32,000 nucleotides of DNA from Opitutales bacterium (GTDB lineage: Bacteria > Verrucomicrobiota > Verrucomicrobiia > Opitutales > PNEW01): assembly GCA_965219535.1 (NCBI GenBank), contig CBDCNV010000002.1:1500001-1532000 (forward strand). The letters run 5' to 3'. The notes beneath the pieces were generated by a model. The model was not told the origin of the DNA and ran no database searches. It saw only the letters and a list, made by a program, of their open reading frames with translations. The translations under genes were made by a program, and so were the position numbers. Shown piece after piece: positions 7,435-14,895 of the stretch; position 1 is the first letter of the stretch, and the number at the start of each line of letters is the position of its first letter.

Positions 7435-8355
7435 ATGCCTATCGTATTTAAAGATAAGCTATCCCCGTTTCCGGCAATGACGCCGGGGCAGCGGCTCTAC
7501 CTGGACGTCAACGGTTACGTGGTGGTTGAAAACACGTTGACACATGATGAGGTGAATCGTCTGCGTGATGCGATCTACGAATTGAGACAGAAGTTTTTTG
7601 ACGCGGAAGACCCATTGAAGCATTCTATTGGCACATGCAGAGTAAGCGCCGACAAATGCAATAAGTTTTTTGCTAGCTTTCACCGTATTTTAGAAGCGGA
7701 CGAAAGGTTCCTGGAACATTTCATCCACCCGCGGATTGTGAACCTGGCGGAGGAGGCAGTCGGTGGAAAAGTGCTCCTGGAAGAGGCTGCGGTGATCGTC
7801 AATTCCCGCGACCCGGAGGTCGATCCAGATAAACCGTATACATACGGCTTTCACCGGGGAGGGCAACCGGGCTTCGACAGCTATATCTATGACGATCTTT
7901 ATCACTGCACGTTTACCCGCACACTAACTAACCTGACTGACATTGGGCCAGACGATGGGGGCACGGCCTTGATCGCCGGCAGTCACAAGCTCAGCTGCAA
8001 TGAAAATGAAATGGTCGCCGCCGCTTATGAAAATCCCGATTTGATTCACCACGTTGAAGCGCCAGCGGGTTCCACGATGATCATGTATGAAACAACGATT
8101 CATTCCACGAGTCCCATCCGCAGCGACCGCGAGCGAGTGATGATCCTCGGTAGTTACGCGCATCCCAAGCACCAGGTGCAGGGTGGTGCGTGGTCCGACG
8201 CGGTAATTGCGAAAGCCCCAGAGGAATCGCGCGAGATACTCACCGGAAGACCCTTCTGGACATGGCCCGAGCGACATCGCAAGTTAGGCGATGCACCGAA
8301 TAAAGAGAATCAACCTTATGTGGCAAGAATGTGGTCGGTGGATCATGAAGCGTGA
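7435..8355 (+). CDS. PhyH-family Fe(II)/2OG oxygenase-fold protein with H-R-G in place of the H-x-D motif
   Basis: The start was moved to the ATG at 7435 (MPIVFKDK...). PhyH landmarks are present: DDGGTALIAGSHK and the distal TTIHSTSPIRSDRER. The proximal motif reads YGFHRGGQPG (His codon 7852-7854, Gly codon 7858-7860). Confidence 0.75.
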   Translation: MPIVFKDKLSPFPAMTPGQRLYLDVNGYVVVENTLTHDEVNRLRDAIYELRQKFFDAEDPLKHSIGTCRVSADKCNKFFASFHRILEADERFLEHFIHPRIVNLAEEAVGGKVLLEEAAVIVNSRDPEVDPDKPYTYGFHRGGQPGFDSYIYDDLYHCTFTRTLTNLTDIGPDDGGTALIAGSHKLSCNENEMVAAAYENPDLIHHVEAPAGSTMIMYETTIHSTSPIRSDRERVMILGSYAHPKHQVQGGAWSDAVIAKAPEESREILTGRPFWTWPERHRKLGDAPNKENQPYVARMWSVDHEA

Positions 8356-8380
8356 TAGCGCGTATGCGCTTTCACGCTTC
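8347..8380 (+). other. compound hairpin spanning the stop codon
   Basis: GAAGCGTGA (8347-8355, containing the TGA stop) pairs with TCACGCTTC (8372-8380). An inner AGCGC-GTAT-GCGCT stem lies at 8357-8370. The GTCAAAAA array follows directly. Confidence 0.55.
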
Positions 8381-8585
8381 GTCAAAAAGTCAAAAGGTCA
8401 AAAGGTTGGGAGGGGAGATGCGGACGCAACGGAGTGCGTCCCTCCAGAAGATATTTCACATCCACGCATTTCCGTATCATCGCATGCACGCATATGCATA
8501 TTTCCGCTTTGTCGCATCAACTCATACGCGCATTTTCGCGTTTTCGCATATTCCTTTTGACCTTTTGACTTTTTGACCTTTTGAC
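8381..8585. repeat. spacer bounded by pure inverted octamer arrays
   Basis: The forward arm GTCAAAAA GTCAAAAG GTCAAAAG is at 8381-8404. A GGAGGG...GGACGCA-ACGGAG-TGCGTCCCTCC hairpin lies at 8408-8445, and a CGCAT-rich word block at 8461-8553. The reverse arm CTTTTGAC CTTTTGAC TTTTTGAC CTTTTGAC is at 8554-8585. Confidence 0.95.
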
Positions 8586-8602
8586 TTAAACCTATCGGAG
8601 AT

Positions 8603-9448
8603 ATGTTTAATGCGGGGTTACATGCTAAGGAGATCGAGGATCAGGGATATACGCTGGTGCCGGATACGTTGAGCGCGGAACAGATTCGGGATGCGACGGA
8701 AGCGATGCTCGAGGTCTATGAGAGTGAACGCGAAGTCGCGGAAGGCTGCGAAACACAGACTGAACACGCGTATGCTGTTCATCATCTCTTCGCGAAGCAT
8801 CGTTACTTTGAGGAATTTTATCTCAATGAGAAAGTCAACGCGGTCATTCGTCTGGTGCTGGGAGAAGACATGGTTTTGACGGAGACCCATGCGCGGTCGA
8901 TTCTACCGAGCAGCGGTCGGGAGGCAAGGCACGGATTCCAGGTACACGTGGATCGCGAAGCGTTCAGTGTCCTACCTTTTGTGGGCAGCACGCACCATTA
9001 CCCGATGGCGGTCAATAATGCGTGGTTCCTCGTCGATTTTACCGAAAATAATGGCGCCACCGTTCTCTGGCCCAGCTCGCACAAGCTGAATCAGGTGCCG
9101 GACCCGGAAGGGGACTACACAGAAATGCCCCAAAAAAGAGCGCTCGGTCCCGCGGGAACCTGTGTTATCTGGGATGCCTCGGTGTGGCACGCGAGTGGGA
9201 AAAATATTAGCGATCACATCCGACATTCGGTTCTAGGGTTTTATCACCGTCGATGGATACGGGGAACGATCAATGTCGAACATGTCATACCGCCCGAGGT
9301 GCTGGCAAGGATGTCACCGGAGATGCATCGCCTGATCGGTCTCTACGACTGGGCGCCTGAATATTCCGCGGTCAAAAAAATGACCACCGAGGAGATCGCT
9401 GCTTTGACGCCGGAGCAGAGGGATGTGTTGGGGTTTATGATATACTGA
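8603..9448 (+). CDS. PhyH-family Fe(II)/2-oxoglutarate dioxygenase
   Basis: 281-aa ORF with a canonical HxD (FQVHVDRE), NNGATVLWPSSHK, and the distal VWHASGKNISDHIRHS. A GGAG lies 5-8 nt upstream of the ATG. Confidence 0.8.
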   Translation: MFNAGLHAKEIEDQGYTLVPDTLSAEQIRDATEAMLEVYESEREVAEGCETQTEHAYAVHHLFAKHRYFEEFYLNEKVNAVIRLVLGEDMVLTETHARSILPSSGREARHGFQVHVDREAFSVLPFVGSTHHYPMAVNNAWFLVDFTENNGATVLWPSSHKLNQVPDPEGDYTEMPQKRALGPAGTCVIWDASVWHASGKNISDHIRHSVLGFYHRRWIRGTINVEHVIPPEVLARMSPEMHRLIGLYDWAPEYSAVKKMTTEEIAALTPEQRDVLGFMIY

Positions 9449-9474
9449 GAAATACGCAGTAGCGAATTTCTCAG
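9445..9474 (+). other. 9-bp hairpin spanning the stop codon
   Basis: CTGAGAAAT (9445-9453, containing the TGA at 9446-9448) pairs with ATTTCTCAG (9466-9474). The loop is 12 nt. The GTCAAAA array follows after 2 nt. Confidence 0.5.
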
Positions 9475-9476
9475 TA

Positions 9477-9647
9477 GTCAAAAGTCGAAGGACGGGAGAA
9501 GCGAATATGCTTAACTACATTAGAAGCGGATTGTAGAGAGGGGGATGGATGATCGCGGACGCGACGGAGCGAGTCCCTCCATTGGGTGCTCCGCATATAC
9601 GCGTACACTCATAAACGCATTTCCCTTTTGACCTTTTGACCTTTGAC
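9477..9647. repeat. spacer bounded by inverted GTC-A-run arrays
   Basis: The forward arm GTCAAAA GTCGAAG is at 9477-9490. A GCGGACGCGACGGAGCGAGTCCCTCCATTGG module lies at about 9555-9585. The reverse arm CTTTTGAC CTTTTGAC CTTTGAC is at 9625-9647. Confidence 0.9.
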
Positions 9648-9662
9648 TATTTAACTACGGTG

Positions 9663-10379
9663 ATGCGCACCAACAACATACTCACTAAAATGCGTGCCGG
9701 TGAACTCGCTTACGGGTGCGCGCTTAAGTTTCCATCGACAACACTCGCAGAATTGGTCGGCATGGCCGGGATGGACTTCCTTTACCTTGACGGAGAGCAT
9801 GGACCGTTTACTTTAGAAACGATTGAGGACATGTGCAGAGTGGCTGAGCTCTATAATATGACCACGGTTGCCCGAATTCCCGATATCTCATCTCCCACCG
9901 TTCTCGATCACCTTGACAGAGGTATCCTGGGGCTTGAGGGGCCTCATATCACGACCGGTGATGATGCCCGTCAGTTTGTCAACGCCAGCTACTACGCACC
10001 CAAAGGAAATCGCAGCGTCAGCGCCTCTCGCGGGGTCTATTACGGTAAAGAGGGGACAGCGACCGAGTATATGGCTCAAGTCAATTCGCAGATCTACCTG
10101 TTCGGACTTCTTGAAGACATCAAGGTCCTGGACCATATCGACGACATCCTAACGGTGGAAGATATATATTCCTACCACATCGGCACGAACGACCTTGCGC
10201 AAACGATGGACTTGCCCGGTCAACCGAAACATCCGGAGGTGCTGGAAGTTGCCGAGAAGCTTACAACAAAAATTCATGCCGCTGGTCGCAAACTCACCCA
10301 TGAGGTCATGGCAGTCGCCAGGGGGGATGATATATTTTTCGAAGGAGTGAAGGCCTTCAGGGAGCAGAGAAACAGTTAA
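9663..10379 (+). CDS. HpcH/HpaI-family class II (metal-dependent) 2-keto-3-deoxy/4-hydroxy-2-oxoacid aldolase
   Basis: The start was moved to the ATG at 9663 (MRTNNILTKMRAGE...). By-eye alignment to E. coli HpaI keeps the landmarks LDGEHGP (His), TVARIPD (Arg), LLEDIK (Glu) and IGTNDLAQ (Asp). Confidence 0.75.
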   Translation: MRTNNILTKMRAGELAYGCALKFPSTTLAELVGMAGMDFLYLDGEHGPFTLETIEDMCRVAELYNMTTVARIPDISSPTVLDHLDRGILGLEGPHITTGDDARQFVNASYYAPKGNRSVSASRGVYYGKEGTATEYMAQVNSQIYLFGLLEDIKVLDHIDDILTVEDIYSYHIGTNDLAQTMDLPGQPKHPEVLEVAEKLTTKIHAAGRKLTHEVMAVARGDDIFFEGVKAFREQRNS

Positions 10380-10382
10380 CAA

Positions 10383-10455
10383 GCCAAAAAGTCAAAGGAC
10401 GGGAGAAGCGAAAATACGTATATCCGATTTCGACTTTGGACCTGCGACTTTCGAC
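10383..10455. repeat. short convergent-gene spacer that still carries both inverted arms
   Basis: The forward arm GCCAAAAA GTCAAAG is at 10383-10397. The reverse arm TTTCGAC TTTGGAC CTGCGAC TTTCGAC is at 10428-10455. Confidence 0.85.
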
Positions 10456-10461
10456 TCGGTC

Positions 10462-12621
10462 CTAATTCATCTTCCCGTCGCAGCTGATGCGGAAGCAGAT
10501 ACTGGCGGCGCGATCTCTTAACATATTGGCAAATCTAACAGGATGTCCCTCTGAATGAGAGGGCAGCCATGGGTAGATAGGATAACGCGGCATACTTTTG
10601 CGTGGCATATCCTGGTAATAACTCTCCTTTTTTGCGATGGCCGGTAAATTATCTAATGCTTTTTTTACTTCGGCCACAGCATGGTCGATGCGTTTTAATT
10701 GTCCGACATCTGCTTTACCCAACTTTGCCTGTTCTTCGAGGTTGTAACCACGAAAATATATCTCAGCGAGATATCGCTGGATAGTAACATAGTAAAGAAG
10801 CCATTCGGTTCTCTCCATTAATTCCCGGTAATGCGCAGGTCTTAAATTCGTTTTGGCTTTACCGATATGGCTTAACATCTTTCTCACCAAACTGATGGCC
10901 TCCTCCTTTTCAGCAATTATCTCTGTAATATTTTGCGGGGTGGGCGCGAACCTTTCATGACTGTCGGGATACCAGTAGTTGGACCAGTCCCACGTGGTCT
11001 CCCAGGTCCGGGCAAACGAATCCGGATAGCCGCTGTGATCGTTAAAGTTGATTCCTTTAACCGCGAGCGACTTCTCTAACACAGCCTGGGACAGCTTAAG
11101 AGCGGCAATGACAGAGGATGCCGCTTTCGCACCAAAAGTTTTTTCAGCCCATGAACGCCAGATCTCATTCACATCCATCTCAACATTCCAAGCGAGTTTG
11201 GCAAAAGCCTCATAGTTGATGCTGTTAATAATATCTTTCCAGAATATATAGAATGGATCCATCCACCCACCGATTATCGATAAGACCCCGCTCACATTGC
11301 GTTCTGCGCACACGCTCATGCGGTCTTTCAGGTATTGCACCATGGAAGCGGGCACCTTGTTAAAACCGCGGTATTCAGCCGCTAATTGAAACTGGACTAC
11401 TTGTGGATGCTTACCGGTATTTCCGATAATCGGATCGAGGGGAGCGGTGGGCAGGCAGTCGCCCCAGGTATCCATTTTTACGAGCTCTACCTCTGCCGGG
11501 GTCCAATCGATGACCTGCCGAAATACCCACTCGGGTTTATCTCCCGGCAGGTGCCAGGGCTTGCCACTGTCACTTCCCGATGATTTACCCTTTCTCGGCT
11601 TAGCTCCCGAAGTCCAAGTGTGGTAAATAAGTTTCTTTTTATTTTTTTTGATAACTTTGTAGGTCTCGAGGAGCGCTTTTCTAAGTTCAATGGGGAAGGT
11701 ATTCAGACCACTGGCTTTGCATTTCTCACACTGACAGTAAATGCCGTAGCCATTGTGCATTATATCGAGATAGATACCCGTGGCCCCGGGGTAGAGATCA
11801 AATACCTCCTGCACGATGGAGTGCCATACTTTCCAACTCGTTGGATTGGACGGGCAGATATGGGCACTCTCGTAGGAGTCCGGATGATCGACTCCCTTAA
11901 TTTCCGGGTATATTTTATATACGGCTTCGCGCAAATGGTTGGGTATTCCAAGCGCAAAATAGATATAGTAATCGATATCGAAGTTTTTGCGCATTATATC
12001 AAGATGCTGTGCTCGGCGCCGTTCCCTCTGGATGAATTTTTCAGCTCTCGCCCTGTTTTTCACAAGGCGGTAAACTTTGGGTAAACTGTTTTTTAATAGG
12101 ATCGCGTTTGTAGTATAGATCCCCATCATACATGCGTTGTAGCGATGGCGTCTTAAGAGGTCCGCATCCGTCAATTTGAAATCAGGATTCTCCATACCGT
12201 AATCTAAAAACAGACGTGTCTGAAAACTTGGCTCTTCCCGCACACACTTCTTTTGAATGCTGAACCCGGTTCTGGTTATATTAATTGAATCGAGGAAGTG
12301 ATCAGCCGCGTACAAAGTGCCCCTCGGCATTCCTCCAAGCAAAGTAATATTTTCGTCTTCAACGGACATTTCCCAGCCATCGTGTATTGGCATTTTCATC
12401 TTTCGAAGCCGGTCACAGGTTGCGGGGGTGCCGAGAACAATGAGGTTTTTTCGGTAACGCCGGGTGTCACCTTCTTTTACGAGGGGAACTTTTTTACCTG
12501 ACCGGTCTGCAAATTTCTTTTGTATCGCATCCGCGGCGGTAAGCTCCACCCCCTCCGCATTATTGCCCCGCACAATGCAAAGTTCATCAAAGCGAAAATT
12601 TATTTTGGATGATTTTTTCAT
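10462..12621 (-). CDS. glycoside-hydrolase-like protein (GH20b/GH67N-like N-domain plus barrel, DUF4838-like); function uncertain
   Basis: The start was set at the ATG 12621-12619 (MKKSSKINFRF...) because the track's 68-aa extension is translated repeat modules. The N-domain pattern AADAIQKKFADRSGKKVPLV...LIVLGT...ITLLGGMPRGTLYAADHFLD is typical of GH20/67-type accessory domains. A Cys cluster CQCEKCK is present. There is no signal peptide. Confidence 0.45.
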   Translation of the reverse strand: MKKSSKINFRFDELCIVRGNNAEGVELTAADAIQKKFADRSGKKVPLVKEGDTRRYRKNLIVLGTPATCDRLRKMKMPIHDGWEMSVEDENITLLGGMPRGTLYAADHFLDSINITRTGFSIQKKCVREEPSFQTRLFLDYGMENPDFKLTDADLLRRHRYNACMMGIYTTNAILLKNSLPKVYRLVKNRARAEKFIQRERRRAQHLDIMRKNFDIDYYIYFALGIPNHLREAVYKIYPEIKGVDHPDSYESAHICPSNPTSWKVWHSIVQEVFDLYPGATGIYLDIMHNGYGIYCQCEKCKASGLNTFPIELRKALLETYKVIKKNKKKLIYHTWTSGAKPRKGKSSGSDSGKPWHLPGDKPEWVFRQVIDWTPAEVELVKMDTWGDCLPTAPLDPIIGNTGKHPQVVQFQLAAEYRGFNKVPASMVQYLKDRMSVCAERNVSGVLSIIGGWMDPFYIFWKDIINSINYEAFAKLAWNVEMDVNEIWRSWAEKTFGAKAASSVIAALKLSQAVLEKSLAVKGINFNDHSGYPDSFARTWETTWDWSNYWYPDSHERFAPTPQNITEIIAEKEEAISLVRKMLSHIGKAKTNLRPAHYRELMERTEWLLYYVTIQRYLAEIYFRGYNLEEQAKLGKADVGQLKRIDHAVAEVKKALDNLPAIAKKESYYQDMPRKSMPRYPIYPWLPSHSEGHPVRFANMLRDRAASICFRISCDGKMN

Positions 12622-12634
12622 AATTGAATTCAGA

Positions 12635-12853
12635 GTCAAAAGGGTCAAAAAGTCAAAAAGTCTGACGATTGCAGATTGTCGATTGAAGCGGACGCGATCA
12701 GCCGACGCCCTTTGGGCTATGGCCGACCATCCTTCGCTTTCAGCTATGGACGGCAGGGAGGCGGTAGCGCGTCGAACAGAAGATGCTCTGCTTTTCCGTA
12801 TCATCGCAAACATGAAAAAACACATTTCCCTTTTGACTTTTTGACCTTTTGAC
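12635..12853. repeat. divergent-gene spacer bounded by pure inverted octamer arrays
   Basis: The forward arm GTCAAAAGG GTCAAAAA GTCAAAAA is at 12635-12659. GATTGCAGATTGTCGATTGAAG is at 12667-12688, and a GCGGACGCGATCAGCCGACGCCCTTTGGGCTATGGCCGAC module at 12688-12727. The reverse arm CTTTTGAC TTTTTGAC CTTTTGAC is at 12830-12853. Confidence 0.95.
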
Positions 12854-12868
12854 TTTTAAACTAAAGCC

Positions 12869-13726
12869 ATGCTTTCTCAATCACAGATTGAACATTTTAA
12901 CATTTTTGGGGTTCTTATTTTAAGAAATGTTCTAAATGAGGAAGATGTCCGGAAGTTAAACGCGGAGTGGGACGCTAAACTGGCGACGACCACGGATGGG
13001 GGTGCTCATGGGGAAAAAAAATATATAATGAGCTGGCCCAGTCTTGGACCAGATACTCCATTCACGGGATCGCTCTTAGAAGATCCACGGGTAAACAAAA
13101 TCGTAGAGTCGATTTACAAGGATGGGTATTACGGGATTTCCTGCAATTCGAGCAGCAAAGCGGGTGAAACTCCCTGGCATCCCGATTCCAATTTTAAAAA
13201 TCTTCACGGGATAAAGGTGGTCACCTATCTGCAGCCGCTCGATGGCGATAATGGAGCCCTGCGTGTCATTCCCGGATCGCACCGTTACCCCATACATGAC
13301 GAGATCAAGCAAATCAAAATGAGTAAGACTGAATTTGATGGCGTGAAGCGAGAGAAAAAAGTTGATGATGCCAATGCAGAGACAAACGGTGGTCTCGCTA
13401 TTGGTGAAGTCCCCGCTCTTATCTGCTCCACGAATCCGGGAGATATAATTGTTTTTGATTTCAGGGTTTGGCATGCCAGCACCGGTGGAGCCTATGACCG
13501 TCGCCTGTTATCAATGATGTTCTTGAAACAGGCGGCAACGCCGGAAGAAGAGGATGCCATCAACGAGCAAGTGCAATTATCGCAAAAAACTCGAGCAGCT
13601 CGCTCTAAGGAGAGCTTTGCCAAGCCGCAATCGGAGTATCACCCGGATTGGATAGCCAATCCCGATAATGATCCCCGCCGGCAACGCTGGATAGATTGGA
13701 TGAGACTGAAAGGATACTTTCAGTAG
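12869..13726 (+). CDS. PhyH-family Fe(II)/2OG dioxygenase, subfamily shared with 19498-20310 and 20650-21495
   Basis: 285-aa ORF with WHPDS (HxD), DNGALRVIPGSHR and FRVWHASTGGAYDRR. The C-terminal motif WIANPDNDPRRQRWIDW is shared with the two paralogues. Confidence 0.8.
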   Translation: MLSQSQIEHFNIFGVLILRNVLNEEDVRKLNAEWDAKLATTTDGGAHGEKKYIMSWPSLGPDTPFTGSLLEDPRVNKIVESIYKDGYYGISCNSSSKAGETPWHPDSNFKNLHGIKVVTYLQPLDGDNGALRVIPGSHRYPIHDEIKQIKMSKTEFDGVKREKKVDDANAETNGGLAIGEVPALICSTNPGDIIVFDFRVWHASTGGAYDRRLLSMMFLKQAATPEEEDAINEQVQLSQKTRAARSKESFAKPQSEYHPDWIANPDNDPRRQRWIDWMRLKGYFQ

Positions 13727-13914
13727 TCAAAAGGTCAAAAAGTCAAAAGGTCAAAAGGTTGGAGACGCGAACGCGTGTTACCTTATTGTCATTGCGAGGA
13801 GCAATGTGACGAAGCAATCCAGGCGGATTACTATACGCAACCGAATTTCCCTGGATTGCTTCGTTTCGCTCGCAATGACAAAAGGGTGGAACGCGCTGTC
13901 CCTAGCGCGTTAAG
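13726..13914. repeat. left part of a spacer: octamer array plus a 96-bp long hairpin element plus a GGTGGAACGCG module
   Basis: GTCAAAAG GTCAAAAA GTCAAAAG GTCAAAAG lies at 13726-13757 and starts on the last base of the TAG stop. The hairpin TTGTCATTGCGAGG...CCTGGATTGCTTCGTTTCGCTCGCAATGACAA lies at 13786-13881. GGTGGAACGCGCTGTCCCTAGCGCGTT lies at 13885-13911. Confidence 0.9.
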
Positions 13915-13932
13915 ATTTTTTATATTAATTAA

Positions 13933-14667
13933 GGGTCATGCCTAGAACAGAGGGTATCTTAAGCACATATTAAGGATGTTACGATGGAGGTTTTGATGAC
14001 GATGGTTAAAGCGATATTCAGTTTCTTTGAGGTGCAGTTGGAAGGTCCTACGAGAAAGACCTTTGAACTTAGCCAATCGAAGTTTAGCAAAAGCCCAAAA
14101 AGATTCAATCCCGTTAATGTGGGAGTGTCCCTGGGCAAACTCGTTGTCGTTGTGATTGACACGGTAATGCTTCTTATAGCCCAGATCCACGAGGCCGTTG
14201 TAAGCACGCCACCCGTCAGAATAAAGCACACTGTCAAAAGTAACTCTCCCTTGGATCACCGCATGCAGAGCGGCTCTGGAGACATTGCGTACAACCTGGG
14301 TATAGACTTTCCCATTACGCTTGAGCAACCCGAAGACGGGCACTTTCTTGAATGCACCCCGACCTCTTTGCCCTGGAATTCTTTTGCCTCCAAAGTAGGA
14401 CTCATCCATTTCCACCGACCCCCTAAAAGGCGAGGCCTGCGCACATTGCTGCAACAAACGCTCCCGCAACAAGCGCAAATAACGGTTGACCGTGTTACGA
14501 TTCAATCCTGTCAATTGGGCTATCTTCAACGCTTCCATATCCAAGCTAAAACACTTTACTAACTGCCGAAATTTGGCCTCAGAAATTTTTGAACGATGTA
14601 CATACTTATTTCTCATTTGTCTAGAATAGCTTACACATCTGATATGTGTCTATTCTAGGCATGACCC
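13933..14667 (-). mobile_element. IS1595-family (ISXO2-like) insertion sequence, 735 bp
   Basis: The terminal inverted repeats are GGGTCATGCCTAGAACAG (13933-13950) and CTATTCTAGGCATGACCC (14650-14667), matching at 17 of 18 positions. They are flanked by 8-bp TTAATTAA on both sides (13925-13932, 14668-14675), consistent with an 8-bp target duplication. The element holds a single transposase ORF. Confidence 0.8.
13942..14616 (-). CDS. ISXO2-like DDE transposase (IS1595 family)
   Basis: 224-aa ORF. The motif VEMDESYFGGKRIPGQRGRGAFKKVPVFGLLKRNGKVYT is characteristic of ISXO2-like transposases as I recall them. Confidence 0.8.
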   Translation of the reverse strand: MRNKYVHRSKISEAKFRQLVKCFSLDMEALKIAQLTGLNRNTVNRYLRLLRERLLQQCAQASPFRGSVEMDESYFGGKRIPGQRGRGAFKKVPVFGLLKRNGKVYTQVVRNVSRAALHAVIQGRVTFDSVLYSDGWRAYNGLVDLGYKKHYRVNHNDNEFAQGHSHINGIESFWAFAKLRLAKFKGLSRRTFQLHLKETEYRFNHRHQNLHRNILNMCLRYPLF

Positions 14668-14681
14668 TTAATTAATTAAGA

Positions 14682-14883
14682 AGCGTGCTAGGAAACCAGC
14701 CGACGCCAAAGCTATGGCGGTCAGGCAGCCCGCTCCACCTTTGATTAAAATTTACAGCTTTTTAATTTTTTACCTTTTGACGAAGACAAAGAGGCAGACG
14801 AAGACAAAGAGGCAGACGAAGACAAAGAGGCAGACGAAGACAAAGAGGCAGACGAAGACAAAGAGGCAGACGAAGACAAAGAG
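14682..14883. repeat. right part of a spacer: reversed GGTGGAGCGGGCTGCC...GCCATAGC module plus CTTTTGAC fused to a perfect 18-bp tandem array
   Basis: The reverse complement of 14700-14739 reads GGTGGAGCGGGCTGCCTGACCGCCATAGCTTTGGCGTCGG. CTTTTGAC is at 14774-14781. GACGAAGACAAAGAGGCA occurs 5 times plus a 15-nt partial copy (14779-14883), all perfect. Confidence 0.95.
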
Positions 14884-14895
14884 TTATTGTACTTT

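Noticed and set aside
8347-8380. Calling the stop-spanning hairpins canonical rho-independent terminators
   Set aside because: None is followed by a U-tract, and several have the stop codon inside the stem. I report them as hairpins of unknown role instead.
8291-8576. Two overlapping plus-strand ORFs (89 and 74 aa) between the PhyH genes
   Set aside because: Both lie in the spacer and are made of octamer arrays and CGCAT-rich words. The real upstream gene ends at 8355, with a stop-spanning hairpin.
8381-8585. CRISPR array interpretation of the regularly repeated short units
   Set aside because: The units are 7-9 nt (or 18 nt) in direct tandem with no unique spacers. No cas genes are present. 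Repeat length and organisation are incompatible with CRISPR.
12622-12825. 68-aa N-terminal extension of the GH-like ORF, and TTG starts inside repeat arms at 5129, 6514, 7408 and 9636
   Set aside because: The extensions are translations of spacer modules (YTTTTGAC arms and others). In each case an ATG follows that gives a family-typical N-terminus, so I used the downstream ATG.
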